Assembly (NCBI GenBank): GCA_044222475.1
Contig: JBGANF010000048.1
Span: 1-51,404, forward strand
From: Polyangiaceae bacterium
GTDB taxonomy: Bacteria > Myxococcota_A > Polyangia > Polyangiales > Polyangiaceae
Length of the DNA stretch: 51,404 nt
Direction: 5' to 3'
Each line of letters starts with the position of its first letter. Position 1 is the first letter of the stretch. A model generated the notes under the pieces. That model ran no database searches. It was not told the DNA's origin and saw nothing but the letters and a program-made list of their open reading frames with translations. Both the position numbers and the translations under genes were made by a program. Shown here piece after piece: positions 28,445-37,919 of the stretch.

Positions 28445-29055
28445 AGAAGTTGCATTTCGACGAGGAGCAACTCAAGCAGCGCCTTCAAGGCCTCCAGCCG
28501 GCCGCGCGCACCGCGCTAGCGGCGGCGTGTGCCGAACGGCTTAGAGCGGCGTATGTCAGCTTCGCCATTCGCCGACGCCGAAAAACGGATGCCGCTGAAT
28601 TTGAGGCGGTCCTCGATCGAGTGTGGAGTGATGCGATGGGCGAATCGATGAGCCCACGGGAAGTTGGAGATGCGTTGAAGAAGGTCATGCGTCTCATCCC
28701 GGACGAAGACGAGGGAACTTGGGAAGACGCACAAGCCCCTGCGGATGATGCCGGTGCTGCGCTCGGATACGCGCTTCGGTACCTTAAGACCGGCGAAAGT
28801 CAGGAGGTGGCTTGGGCCGCTCGACGTGCGTACGAAGCCGCTGACTATTGGGTCACTCACGCTGGCGGCGTGGACGTGAATGGGCCCGAAGGCGAGAAGC
28901 GAGCGCTCCACCACCCGGTCGTACAGGCTGAATTGAAACGTCAGGAAGCTGACCTCGAGGAGCTCAAGTCGGCCGACGCAAGCTCGATTGGAAAGGTCAT
29001 CGCTCGCATTCGAGAGCGGGCACGAAAGGACGCCTCGCAGACCGGAAAACGATGA
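28441..29055 (+). CDS. DUF416-like immunity protein
   Basis: ALAAACAERL...Y...VLDRVW...HPVVQAELKRQEADLEEL. Confidence 0.75.
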   Translation: MKKLHFDEEQLKQRLQGLQPAARTALAAACAERLRAAYVSFAIRRRRKTDAAEFEAVLDRVWSDAMGESMSPREVGDALKKVMRLIPDEDEGTWEDAQAPADDAGAALGYALRYLKTGESQEVAWAARRAYEAADYWVTHAGGVDVNGPEGEKRALHHPVVQAELKRQEADLEELKSADASSIGKVIARIRERARKDASQTGKR

Positions 29056-29081
29056 GATCTCCTCTGGCTCAGTGAAGTGGC

Positions 29082-29570
29082 TCACGCCGCGGGTGATGGC
29101 GCCGCCCGCATGAGCTCGCCCAGCTTCTCGAACTCGGTGTGCATGTGCGCGTCCATCTCGCGCTCGAACTCGCGGTCGAGATAGAGGCGAAGCACGGGAT
29201 CGAGCACCCGCCCGGCGCCCGCGAACCCGGCTTCCAACGTGTGGGTCACGTGGACGCCGGCCGAGTCGTCGTCGAGCTCGAGAATCAGCCGCCCTGGCAA
29301 ACGTACCGTCGCCCCGAGCTGCCACACGAGCCGCTTACCCGGCACGATCTCGGTCACGACGCCGTGGAGCTTCAGCCGGCGCCGGCCAACGAGCTCGTCG
29401 AAGTAGACCACGTTGCCGACGCCGTTCGCGTGGCGCTCGATCGTGCGAAAGTGCAGGTGCGTGCCGGGCCACCAGCGCTGATAGGTGGCGTCGTCGCAGT
29501 GGAGGAAGAAGTCGATGATGTCGCGCCCTCGAAGACCGGCGACGTGAGTCTTGGAGCAAAGGGTCAGCAT
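29082..29570 (-). CDS. SRPBCC family protein
   Basis: YQRWWPGTH...VTEIVPGKRLVW...VHVTH...AHMHTEFEKL. Confidence 0.75.
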   Translation of the reverse strand: MLTLCSKTHVAGLRGRDIIDFFLHCDDATYQRWWPGTHLHFRTIERHANGVGNVVYFDELVGRRRLKLHGVVTEIVPGKRLVWQLGATVRLPGRLILELDDDSAGVHVTHTLEAGFAGAGRVLDPVLRLYLDREFEREMDAHMHTEFEKLGELMRAAPSPAA

Positions 29571-29572
29571 CG

Positions 29573-30631
29573 TCAGGGACTCACGCCGACACGCACGGGG
29601 TATCCGCGGTCTCTCCACACGTAGTAGCCCTCGTCGAGGACGGTCACCTTCGTGAACCCGTTGGCGTAGAGCGTATCCGCCAAGCTCCCCGACTCCGCGT
29701 GCGGGCAACCGCAGTAGCACACGAGCCACTTGTCCTTGGGCAACGCGAAGAGGTAGTTGCTCGCTTCGTAGAACGGAACGTCGTTGGCGCCGGCGACGTG
29801 ACCCGCGACGAAATCGGACGGAGCGCGCGCGTCGAGGAAACCGAACGACGCGCCGCGATCGAGCTCCTTCTTGATCGTGTCGGCCGGCGTGTAGCGGTTC
29901 CCGAGAACGAAGTCCGGGTCCGGACCGCCCGGGTTCAGGATCACCGGACCCATCGTCCCCGGGATGGGGGCGTCGCCGATGACGATCGGCTTCGCCCAAC
30001 TCCGGAGCAACGCGACCACGTCGTCGACGTCCTGCGCGCCGAGCACCGCCTCGTAGCCGCCCATCGTCGTGCCCGGTCGACCGTGCAGGATCGCGTAGCG
30101 AAGGAACTCGTCCTTGGCGATGGCGAGAAACTCCGCGTTGCCGAGCCGCACGTTCGGACCTTCCGTTCCGGTGGCACCGTGGCACGAGGCGCAGTGCGCG
30201 TCGTAGATCGGGCGAGCTCGGGTGAGATCGCCGGAGATCCCGGGACCACCGAGCGGCGCGTTCGGCACGGTCTGCCACCTGCGCATGAACGCGACGATCC
30301 CTTGGATCTCGGCGTTGGAGTAAGGGCCGCCGTGCGGGCGGTCCCACGCCGACATCGTCGTCCCGGGGCGACCGCGCGCGACGCTCTGGCGCAGGTAGTC
30401 GTCGCTCGCGGTCGCGAGGAACGTAGGGCTCTTCAGCGCCGTCGCGTTGTCGGCCAGGTAGCCTTCGCCGTGCGCGCCGTGGCACAGCGCGCACGTGCGC
30501 GCGTAGGCGTTCGCGCCCGCCTCGGCAGAGGTCGCGGGCGCTGGCGCAGGGGCCGGCGACGAGCACGCCGCGATTGCGAGACCGATCGACGCTGCGAGCG
30601 AACCCAGCAAAGGCAGCTTCGCGGGCGGCAT
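29573..30631 (-). CDS. Lipoprotein: di-heme cytochrome c fused to a rhodanese domain
   Basis: Lipobox IAAC; CALCH and CASCH; GRPGTTM Met ligands; LDARAPSDF..GHVAGA and CYCGCPH rhodanese motifs. Confidence 0.85.
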   Translation of the reverse strand: MPPAKLPLLGSLAASIGLAIAACSSPAPAPAPATSAEAGANAYARTCALCHGAHGEGYLADNATALKSPTFLATASDDYLRQSVARGRPGTTMSAWDRPHGGPYSNAEIQGIVAFMRRWQTVPNAPLGGPGISGDLTRARPIYDAHCASCHGATGTEGPNVRLGNAEFLAIAKDEFLRYAILHGRPGTTMGGYEAVLGAQDVDDVVALLRSWAKPIVIGDAPIPGTMGPVILNPGGPDPDFVLGNRYTPADTIKKELDRGASFGFLDARAPSDFVAGHVAGANDVPFYEASNYLFALPKDKWLVCYCGCPHAESGSLADTLYANGFTKVTVLDEGYYVWRDRGYPVRVGVSP

Positions 30632-30723
30632 GGCTTCACCTTACCACTGCGTGAAATCGACGCCGGCGAGGGTAGGCGCCAGCAAGATACTGCATGACCC
30701 AAATCGCCCTGTATGCTTCGCCG

Positions 30724-32961
30724 ATGGTCACCGCGCCCGAGTGGAAACCCAACGCGTGCATCTTGTGCGAGTGCAACTGCGGGCTCGAGATCCAGCTCGG
30801 CGGCGACGACGGGCGTCACTTGGTGAAGCTCCGCGGCGACAAGCGTCATCCCTCGTCGCAGGGGTACGCGTGCGAGAAGGCGCACCGGCTCGACCACTAC
30901 CAGAACGCGCGGGATCGCATCACGAAGCCGCTTCGTCGACGCGCGGATGGCACCTTCGAAGAGATCGACTGGGACACGGCCATTCGAGAAGTTGCGGCGC
31001 GGTTCGCCGCGGTGCGCGACGCGCACGGCGGCGACACCATCTTCTATTACGGCGGAGGCGGGCAGGGGAACCACCTGCCCGGCGCGTACGCCACCGCGAC
31101 GCGACGCGCGCTCGGGTCGCGCCATCGATCGAGCGCGCTCGCGCAGGAGAAGACCGGCGAGTTCTGGATCGCCGATCGCATGATGGGCTCGGCGACTCGC
31201 GCCGACTTCGAGCACTGCGACGTCGCGCTGTTCATCGGGAAGAACCCGTGGCACTCGCATTCCATTGCGCGCGCGCGGGTCACCCTCAAGGAGATCTCCG
31301 CCGATCCGGCGCGCACGCTCATCGTGATCGATCCGCGTCGCACCGAGACCGCCGAGCTCGCCGACATTCACCTCCAGGTCCGGCCGGGGACCGACGCGTA
31401 CCTGCTCGCCGCGATCCTCGGGGTGATCGTGGGCGAGGACCTCGTCGATCGCGAGTTCCTCGCGGCCCGCGCCGTGGCGTCGGAGGTCGAGCCGGTGCTC
31501 ATGGACCTGCGGGAGATCGACGTGGCCGCGTGCTGCGCGCGATCGGGCGTCGATCCCGAGTTGGTACGACGGGCCGCCCGCGTCATGGCCGGCGCGAAGG
31601 CGATGTCGACGATGGAGGACCTCGGCGTCCAGATGAACCGGGGGTCCACGCTGGTGAGCTACCTGCACCGGCTCCTCATCCTGCTCACCGGGAGCTTCGG
31701 GAAGCCGGGCACGCACTACGTGCCGACGACCATGGTCGACATCGCGAGCGGCGCGTCGACGAAGAAGAGCCCGGTCGTAGGCGCGCGCATCGTCGGCGGC
31801 ATGGTGCCGTGCAACGTCATCGCGGACGAGATCCTCACCGATCACCCCAAGCGGTACCGCGCGATGCTCGTGGAAGCGGCGAACCCGGCGCACTCGCTCG
31901 CGGACTCGAAGCGCATGCGCGAGGCGCTCTCGGCGCTCGACACGCTCGTCGTGATCGACGTCGCCATGAGCGAGACGGCGCGGCTCTCGCATTACGTGCT
32001 GCCCGCGTCGACCCAGTTCGAAAAAGCCGAGGCGACGTTCTTCAACTTCGAGTTCCCGCGGAACTCGTTCCACCTGCGCCCGGCGCTGCTCGCGCCGCCC
32101 GAGGGTCCGCTTCCGGAAGCGGAGATTCACGCGCGCCTGGTCGAGGCGCTCGGTCAAGTGACCGAGGCCGATCTGAAGCCGCTGCGCGAGGCGGCGGCGA
32201 TCTCGCGCGAGGCGTACGTGAACGCGTTCATGGCGAACGTGATGATGCACCCGACGCTGAGCCACCTCGCGCCGGTCCTCCTCTACCGAACGTTGCCGAT
32301 GCCTCCCGAGCTCCGCGAAGGCGCGGTCGTGCTCGGGCTCGCGCTGCGCGCGGCGATGCAACACGGTCCGTCGCTCGCGCGCGCGGGTTTCGGCGGGACG
32401 CCGATCGAGGCAGCGTCGGCGCTGTTCGACGCGATCCTGAAGAGCCCTTGGGGCGTGGTCTTCGCGGTCGGCGATTGGGAAGAGATGGCGTCGCGCAAGG
32501 TGCACCTCCTCTTGCCCGACATGCTCGATGCGCTGCGCGAGCACCTCGCGAGGTCCGATGCGCCGGATCCGGCGTGGCCGTTCGTGCTGTCCGCGGGCGA
32601 GCGGCGATCGTTCACCGCGAACACGATCATCCGCGATCCGACGTGGCGAAAGAAGGACGCGTCGGGAGCGCTGCGCATCCACCCCGATGATGCGGCCAAG
32701 CTCGGGGTCTCGACCGGTGAGACGGTGCGGCTCACCACGCGGCGCGACTCCGTCGTGGTGTCGATCGAGGTGTCCGACACGATGCAGCGGGGACACGTCT
32801 CGCTGCCGAACGGTCTCGGCCTCGACTACCCGGCGGCGGACGGCGCCGTCACGACCGGCGTCGCGCCGAACGAGCTCACGTCGACGGAGGATCGCGACCC
32901 GTTCGTCGGAACGCCGTGGCACAAGCACGTCGCGGCGCGCATCGAGCGCGTCGTCGGCTAG
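30724..32961 (+). CDS. Molybdopterin-dependent oxidoreductase catalytic subunit with 4Fe-4S cluster
   Basis: CILCECNCG...C; DRITKPL; IDPRRTETA; SETARLSHYVLPA; C-terminal IHPDDA; no Tat signal. Confidence 0.9.
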   Translation: MVTAPEWKPNACILCECNCGLEIQLGGDDGRHLVKLRGDKRHPSSQGYACEKAHRLDHYQNARDRITKPLRRRADGTFEEIDWDTAIREVAARFAAVRDAHGGDTIFYYGGGGQGNHLPGAYATATRRALGSRHRSSALAQEKTGEFWIADRMMGSATRADFEHCDVALFIGKNPWHSHSIARARVTLKEISADPARTLIVIDPRRTETAELADIHLQVRPGTDAYLLAAILGVIVGEDLVDREFLAARAVASEVEPVLMDLREIDVAACCARSGVDPELVRRAARVMAGAKAMSTMEDLGVQMNRGSTLVSYLHRLLILLTGSFGKPGTHYVPTTMVDIASGASTKKSPVVGARIVGGMVPCNVIADEILTDHPKRYRAMLVEAANPAHSLADSKRMREALSALDTLVVIDVAMSETARLSHYVLPASTQFEKAEATFFNFEFPRNSFHLRPALLAPPEGPLPEAEIHARLVEALGQVTEADLKPLREAAAISREAYVNAFMANVMMHPTLSHLAPVLLYRTLPMPPELREGAVVLGLALRAAMQHGPSLARAGFGGTPIEAASALFDAILKSPWGVVFAVGDWEEMASRKVHLLLPDMLDALREHLARSDAPDPAWPFVLSAGERRSFTANTIIRDPTWRKKDASGALRIHPDDAAKLGVSTGETVRLTTRRDSVVVSIEVSDTMQRGHVSLPNGLGLDYPAADGAVTTGVAPNELTSTEDRDPFVGTPWHKHVAARIERVVG

Positions 32962-32968
32962 ACCGTAG

Positions 32969-34093
32969 TCACTCGCAGCCGGGTCGGACGCAGACGATCT
33001 TGCCCGATCGCGCGAGCATGCACGAGCCGCTCGTGATCGCGGCGATGGGCTCGTCGAGCGCGATCTTCGTGAGTGTTCGCCGCGATGCACCGGGGCACCC
33101 GCGGTGGGCCGGCGGCGGAGTCTTCATGAGCCACTGATCGTAGACGTCGCCGGTGGTCGTCAACACGCGGAGGGATGCAGCGCCGATTCGGGCGTCGCTC
33201 GCGGGCGGCACCGTCACCCGGAGCGCGGCGCCGCTCGTGAAGCTGCCTTTGAGTCCGGCGCACGCGAGCTCGCCTGCCGAGCCGATCGCGCAGAACGTCG
33301 GGCCGCCTTCGAAGTCGGATTGCCCGGAGACGAGCGCGCTCGACTTCGCCGGAAATCCCGTGAGCGTCATCGCGCTGCCCACCGCTCCATCGGGTGCGGT
33401 GCGGCAGGTCGTCGCTCCGCGCGCGTCGAGTGAACATTCGCCGTGGGTCCACATGTGGACGAACGAGCGCACGTCGGGGACGGGCTTCGTCGTCACGACG
33501 GCGCACTTCGCGACGGGCGAGTGGAGCCCGGCGACGTAGATCTTCTGGTCCGCTCCTCGCATCAGGATCGTCGCCTCGTTGATTCGAAGCTCCGTGATCG
33601 CGACGGCGGTATGGAGCACTCGCGGCGTCTCCTTCGCGCCCGGTTCGAGCGCGGGCGCGCCCGACTCGAGGTAGTGCGTGCACGGATCGTCGCCGATGCA
33701 GCGGACGACTCCAGAGCGGTCGAGCGCGCACACGAACGACTCGCCGGCGGCGAGCATCACCGTGTCGCGAAAGGCGCTCGGGCGAAACTCGGGGATCGGA
33801 CGATCGATCTCGACGTGCGCGCACGCAACGTCGCCGTTTCCGCGGAGCACGCACTCCATCGAGTCGCCGAACGGAAAACCGGACCAATCATGCGCGGCCA
33901 CGATCGCGGTCGCGTCGCCCGGAAGGGGAGGCGGCGCGGGTGGCGCAGCGCTCGACGCGGCGGGCGCGGCGCTCGTCGCCGCGGACGCGGGCGGCGCCGA
34001 CGCCGACGGGGTCGGCACGGCGACGGGCGTGCGGTCGCCGGCACACGCGGTGATCAGGAGGGATCCGACCAGAAGATGCGTTCGCGTCATCAT
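32969..34093 (-). CDS. Lipoprotein with RCC1-like repeats
   Basis: Lipobox ITAC; P/A/S linker; repeated CAL..SG.V.C.G units. Confidence 0.7.
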   Translation of the reverse strand: MMTRTHLLVGSLLITACAGDRTPVAVPTPSASAPPASAATSAAPAASSAAPPAPPPLPGDATAIVAAHDWSGFPFGDSMECVLRGNGDVACAHVEIDRPIPEFRPSAFRDTVMLAAGESFVCALDRSGVVRCIGDDPCTHYLESGAPALEPGAKETPRVLHTAVAITELRINEATILMRGADQKIYVAGLHSPVAKCAVVTTKPVPDVRSFVHMWTHGECSLDARGATTCRTAPDGAVGSAMTLTGFPAKSSALVSGQSDFEGGPTFCAIGSAGELACAGLKGSFTSGAALRVTVPPASDARIGAASLRVLTTTGDVYDQWLMKTPPPAHRGCPGASRRTLTKIALDEPIAAITSGSCMLARSGKIVCVRPGCE

Positions 34094-34124
34094 GCTGACG
34101 ATCAGGCGTATCATGGCTCCCTTC

Positions 34125-36287
34125 ATGTCGAGTTGGGCGCCTCCTCAGCTACAGCCCGGCCAGATCTTCGCCGGCAAGTACTCCGTCGTCCGCTTGGTCA
34201 AAGCCGGCGGCATGGGCGCCGTGTACGAGGTGAGGCACACCGGCAACGACAAGCGATGGGCCCTCAAGCTCATGCACCCAGAGCTCGCCCAGAGCGCCGA
34301 CGCTCGCGAGCGCTTCACTCGCGAGGCGAAGATCGACGGCCTCATCGAGAGCGCGTTCGTCGTCAGCGTCATCGACGCCGGCCTCGACGACGCGACCGGC
34401 ACTCCGTTCCTCGTGATGGAGTTCCTGAACGGCGAAGAGCTCGGCGAGCTCCTCGCGCGCGAAGGGCGCATCGCACCGGAGCGCGCTCTCACGTACCTCG
34501 AGCAAGTCGCCCGCGCCCTCGACAAGGCGCACGCGAAGAAGATCGTCCACCGTGATCTCAAGCCGGACAACTTGTTCCTCTGCCGCAGCGACGACGAGGG
34601 CGAGAAGATCAAAGTCCTCGACTTCGGCATCGCCAAGTTCGTCGAGCGCGTCGACGTCAAATCCACCCAAGGCGGCGGCACGCCGCTGTACATGGCCCCC
34701 GAGCAGACGCAGAAGAACGGCGACATCGGTCCGTGGACCGATGTGTGGGCGCTCGGCCTGATTGCGTACGCGCTCCTCGTCGGGCGCCCCTACTGGCACG
34801 CCGAGACGATGGCCTCGCTCTACGGCGAGATCCTCGAGCTGAACGAGCCGCGCGAGCTCGCCACCGTGAGAGCCGCTCGCCACGGAGTCACGCTGCCGCC
34901 CGCGTTCGACGCTTGGTTCTCGCGGTGCACGAACAAGGACCCACGCGCGCGCTTTCCCCGCGCCGGCGAGGCGATCGCCGAGCTGGCCCGCGCGCTCAGC
35001 GTCTCGCGCGTGTCACCGTTCGCTTCGGCGCCGACGGTACCGCACTCCGCGATGAGCGAGCTCGCGAGCATGCCGACGGTGCTCCCACCGACCACGGGTG
35101 ATGCGTTGCAGCCTCCGTCGGGCGCGATCACGACCGGGACGCCGCAGATCGCCGAGGCGTCGTCGCGATCGCAGTCACCGGGGCAGAAGGGATCGTCGCG
35201 GTTCCTGCTGGTCGGCCTCGCCGTCATTGCCGTGGCGGGGCTGGCATACGGTGCGAGTCGGTTTCTGCGCACGCCGCCGTCGTCGACGGCTGCGACTTCG
35301 TCGATCGCACCCGCTGCGTCGAGCGCTGCGCCGATGCGCAACCCCGACGTCGGACTCCGCGCGCTCGCGTCGTTTCAAGCGCCCAAGGGATCGCAGGTGG
35401 CGCTGCTCGACTCGCAGTCGTTCTGGGACTCGTGCGCGCAAGATTTCGGCGACGCGATGAAGCAGTCGAACGCGCCCGCGCGTTGGAGCGCCGGCGAGCG
35501 CTTCTGCTTCGCGGAGTCGAAGCTCATCGCCGGAGACCTTCCGGCTTCGACCGAGGCGTTTCGCGCGGCGATCGCCTTGGACGCGACGTGGGCGGCTCCT
35601 CATGCGGGCTTGGCGATCGCGCTCGTCCACGACGCAAAGGCCGACGAGGCGCTCGCCGCCGCGCGTGAAGCCGAGCGCCTCGAGCCTTCGTGGGTCGGCG
35701 CGATCTGGACCATCGCTCGCGTGCTCACGCAGTCGGGCAAGACGAACGATGCGATCCAAGAGTACCGGCGCGCGCTCGCGGTCGCGCCCAACGATCCAGC
35801 GATCCTCGCGGACTTCGCGCTCGTGTTGCACGCGTCGCGGCTCGACGGCGAGGCCGACCGCTACGCGAAGCAAGCGCTCGACGCCGATCCCGACTTGGTG
35901 AGCGTGCACATCATGCTCGCCGAGCGCGCGCTCGAGACGAAAGACGCGAAGACGGCGCTCGAGCACGCGACGCGCGCCCTCGCCAACGATCCGAACAGCG
36001 CGCCTGCGCGCCTCGCGCAGGCCGAGGCGCTCAACATGCTCGGCCGCAAGGACGAAGCAATGACCGCCTATCGTCAAGCGGTCGAAGCGTGGGACCTGCG
36101 GCGCAGCAAAGGCGGGAACGAGCCGCGCATCGCGGTCATCCGCGCGGCGATCGACGCGGGCAAGCTTCCACCGGCGCGCGGCGCAAACGCGACGCGGTCC
36201 GCGACGCCGAGGACGGCGTGCCCACCGGGCGACCCCCTGTGCAGCGTCGGAGAACCGGGCAGACACTCGTACGACAACATGGAGTAG
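34125..36287 (+). CDS. Membrane Ser/Thr protein kinase with C-terminal TPR repeats
   Basis: GGMGAVY, ALK, HRDLKPDN, DFG, GTPLYMAPEQ, DVWALG; TM helix; TPRs. Confidence 0.93.
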   Translation: MSSWAPPQLQPGQIFAGKYSVVRLVKAGGMGAVYEVRHTGNDKRWALKLMHPELAQSADARERFTREAKIDGLIESAFVVSVIDAGLDDATGTPFLVMEFLNGEELGELLAREGRIAPERALTYLEQVARALDKAHAKKIVHRDLKPDNLFLCRSDDEGEKIKVLDFGIAKFVERVDVKSTQGGGTPLYMAPEQTQKNGDIGPWTDVWALGLIAYALLVGRPYWHAETMASLYGEILELNEPRELATVRAARHGVTLPPAFDAWFSRCTNKDPRARFPRAGEAIAELARALSVSRVSPFASAPTVPHSAMSELASMPTVLPPTTGDALQPPSGAITTGTPQIAEASSRSQSPGQKGSSRFLLVGLAVIAVAGLAYGASRFLRTPPSSTAATSSIAPAASSAAPMRNPDVGLRALASFQAPKGSQVALLDSQSFWDSCAQDFGDAMKQSNAPARWSAGERFCFAESKLIAGDLPASTEAFRAAIALDATWAAPHAGLAIALVHDAKADEALAAAREAERLEPSWVGAIWTIARVLTQSGKTNDAIQEYRRALAVAPNDPAILADFALVLHASRLDGEADRYAKQALDADPDLVSVHIMLAERALETKDAKTALEHATRALANDPNSAPARLAQAEALNMLGRKDEAMTAYRQAVEAWDLRRSKGGNEPRIAVIRAAIDAGKLPPARGANATRSATPRTACPPGDPLCSVGEPGRHSYDNME

Positions 36288-36336
36288 GCCGAAGTTCCCG
36301 AGGAATACGCGGCTCCGTGCTCGGGTATGAAGAAGC

Positions 36337-37098
36337 ATGAGCACCGCAGTTCGTGCATGGGTCGTCGCCGTCGGGTCACTCGCTCTCTCGGTCGCATGTG
36401 GAGGCGCGGCGGAGACGTCGCCCGCTCCGTCGTCGGCAGTCGCATCTGCGTCTGCGCCAGCGTCAGCGGCGCCGGTCGACTCGGCGCCGCCCATCGCGTC
36501 CGCCGCTCCGGTCGCGACCACGCCGGTCACGTCGTCGGCGACTCTGCCAGCGCCCGCGAGCACTCCGGTCGCGTGCCGCGGCGAAGCGGTGGTCCTCCTC
36601 ATCGACCGCAGCGGATCGATGTCCGGCGTTCCGTTGCAGTCTGCAAAGGACGCCGCGAAAGCGGTCGCGAAGGCGATGCCTGCTGGCTCGTGTTTGCAGG
36701 TCGCATTCTTCGACAGCGCCGTGACCGACGCGGTGCCGCTCGGCCTCGTCGATCCGTCCGTCGCTGGGACGCAGATCGACGCCGTCACCGCCGGCGGCGG
36801 GACCGAGTTCGTCACCCCGCTCTTGGCGGGCGCGTTCGCCATGCGTCGCATCCAAGGCGTGACCGACAAGCGCGTCGTGTTTCTCTCCGACGGTCAGGCG
36901 CCGAGCGCATCGGTCATCGAAGCGGTCGGCAAGATCCGAGAAGCAGGAGCGACGGTGAGCACCATCGCGCTCGGCTCGTCGGCCGACGGCACGCTGCTGA
37001 AGAAGATGTCGGACGAGGGCAAGGGTCGCTTCTACGCCGTCTCCGATCCGACTGCGCTCTCGAAGATCTTCGTCCGCGAGGTCCAACCGACGCCCTGA
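36337..37098 (+). CDS. vWA domain lipoprotein
   Basis: Lipobox SVAC; MIDAS DRSGSM, GGGT, LSDG. Confidence 0.88.
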   Translation: MSTAVRAWVVAVGSLALSVACGGAAETSPAPSSAVASASAPASAAPVDSAPPIASAAPVATTPVTSSATLPAPASTPVACRGEAVVLLIDRSGSMSGVPLQSAKDAAKAVAKAMPAGSCLQVAFFDSAVTDAVPLGLVDPSVAGTQIDAVTAGGGTEFVTPLLAGAFAMRRIQGVTDKRVVFLSDGQAPSASVIEAVGKIREAGATVSTIALGSSADGTLLKKMSDEGKGRFYAVSDPTALSKIFVREVQPTP

Positions 37099-37110
37099 CG
37101 GCGGTAGCGC

Positions 37111-37917
37111 CTACTTCCCCGCCGCGTAGTGGGCTTGAATCTGCGTTGCGGTCAGCGCCACGTCGTAGATGGCCACCTCGTCGAGCGTTCCGCGAAAGAG
37201 ATCCGTACCGTAGCTCGCGCCCCCGATCGTGAACTTGTCCGTCGTCGCGGCGATCGTCGGTGGGTTGGCGAGCTGAGCGGCCAGCGCGCCGTCGAGATAC
37301 ACCTTCATCGATCCGGCATCGCGAACGCAGACGACGTGAACGAAGCTGCCGAATGAGAGCGTCGCGACGACTCCCGTACTCGCGTCCGCGCCGTGCAGGA
37401 CGATGCCGATCTTGCCAGGAGGTCCGAGCTCGACGTGATAGCCCTCCTTCGGCGCCTCGTTCGACACGATGCGCTCGTAGAATCCGCCGTCGCCGAGCGG
37501 GTCGGCATTGACCCACATCTCGATCGAGAACGGCGCGGCGTTCGGGAAGCCGAATGCGTTGCCCACCACGATCTCCGCTGCCCCGAAGAACCTCACCGCG
37601 CCGTTGGGGTCTCCGGCGAGCGCGCCCGGAACGCCGAAAGCGAACCCGCCGTCGACCTTGCCGTAGATGCCATCGTGTTTCTGGATCTCGTCCACCGCGA
37701 CGGCCGCCGAAGGATCGCCCAGGCGCCAGTAGCCGACGGGTCGATCGGCCATGACCGCGGCCCGGTAGCGCGAGCCGCCGGCATCGACGCCGGAGTCTTT
37801 CGCGTTGGCGTCGATGCTGGCGTCGGCGCTTCCCGTCAGTTTGTCCAGCGACGTGACGATGGAGCACGCCGTCAATGCGGCGAGCGAGCCGATGGTGAAC
37901 GCGAGCGCGCGCTTCAC
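37111..37917 (-). CDS. LamG/concanavalin-A-like lipoprotein
   Basis: Lipobox LTAC; PVGYWRLGD, FSIEMWV, VYLDG, GTLDEVAIYD.AL. Confidence 0.85.
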   Translation of the reverse strand: MKRALAFTIGSLAALTACSIVTSLDKLTGSADASIDANAKDSGVDAGGSRYRAAVMADRPVGYWRLGDPSAAVAVDEIQKHDGIYGKVDGGFAFGVPGALAGDPNGAVRFFGAAEIVVGNAFGFPNAAPFSIEMWVNADPLGDGGFYERIVSNEAPKEGYHVELGPPGKIGIVLHGADASTGVVATLSFGSFVHVVCVRDAGSMKVYLDGALAAQLANPPTIAATTDKFTIGGASYGTDLFRGTLDEVAIYDVALTATQIQAHYAAGK

Positions 37918-37919
37918 GC

